Shown: positions 63,896 to 64,000 of the stretch, one piece after another
Layout: each line of letters starts with the position of its first letter
Numbering within the stretch: the first letter of the stretch is position 1
Source of the DNA: Patescibacteria group bacterium
Lineage (GTDB): Bacteria; Patescibacteriota; Minisyncoccia; Phycocordibacterales; CSBR16-119
Length of the DNA stretch: 64,000 bases
Assembly (NCBI GenBank): GCA_052033715.1
Contig: JBPOJJ010000002.1
Span: 1,676 to 65,675, forward strand
Direction of reading: 5' to 3'
Translations under genes and position numbers: made by a program
The notes under the pieces: generated by a model
Database searches by the model: none
Told to the model about the DNA's origin: nothing
What the model saw: the letters and a program-made list of their open reading frames with translations, nothing else

Positions 63896-64000
63896 GTGGC
63901 ATAAAAAAGACATTACGGAGGAAGCCGGCCCATCAAGGCCGGCTTCCGAGTATAGCGGCCAACTGTTTACAAGTTGGAACGCGCGTCTTTTTTATGCCAC
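63896..64000. repeat. 16-bp perfect inverted repeat (GTGGCATAAAAAAGAC ... GTCTTTTTTATGCCAC) enclosing ~73 nt with internal hairpin GGAAGCCGGCC..GGCCGGCTTCC
   Basis: long-stem element ending exactly at window edge. Confidence 0.45.

Noticed and set aside
1-64000. CRISPR arrays, rRNA genes, IS/transposase or integrase genes
   Set aside because: No regularly spaced direct repeats, no rRNA-like conserved stretches, and no transposase/integrase-like ORFs were seen in any frame.

Overview
This 64 kb window looks like an AT-rich, small-genome bacterial chromosome segment; a possible Patescibacteria/CPR origin is inference only. It is densely packed with housekeeping genes and contains a ~15 kb Wzx/Wzy-type surface-glycan locus and several GC-rich inserted gene cassettes.

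Secure housekeeping calls include recA, ftsK, the rpsF-ssb-rpsR operon, adk-map, metG, glyQS (alpha2 type), ileS, argS, msrA, glyA, thyA, dcd, folA, ndk, tatD and a purine nucleoside phosphorylase.

The glycan locus runs from a WbaP-like initiating sugar transferase and Wzx flippase, through several glycosyltransferases (two GT11 alpha-1,2-fucosyltransferases, two GT2, one GT17-like), an SDR epimerase and two SAM methyltransferases, to a Wzy/O-antigen-ligase-like membrane protein with a C-terminal TPR region.

Five things stand out:
1. The isoleucyl-tRNA synthetase carries an apparently complete histidine-phosphatase (phosphoglycerate-mutase-like) domain inserted between its catalytic-core WGTPLP segment and the DVWFDSG/KMSKS region.
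2. Two copies of a ~150-nt intergenic element share a conserved core (...CGTGAGGGGGCG...CCTCTA...ACTTAGGAG...), but their long closing stems differ in sequence while staying base-paired (covariation). Each copy abuts the stop codon of the upstream minus-strand gene.
3. Several GC-rich genes (~52-60% GC) sit in the ~38-45% GC backbone, some with their own promoter and terminator: pyrD-pyrC, a DUF4407-type coiled-coil membrane protein, and a secreted protein with a Bacteroidota-style T9SS C-terminal sorting domain.
4. A lone 911-aa VirB4/TraC-like P-loop ATPase.
5. A duplicated module of 4-TM membrane-protein paralogs, each followed by a near-identical GNRA-loop terminator, around an MBL hydrolase.

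No rRNA or tRNA genes and no CRISPR array were seen. Most short ORFs in the six-frame track that overlap longer genes are judged spurious.
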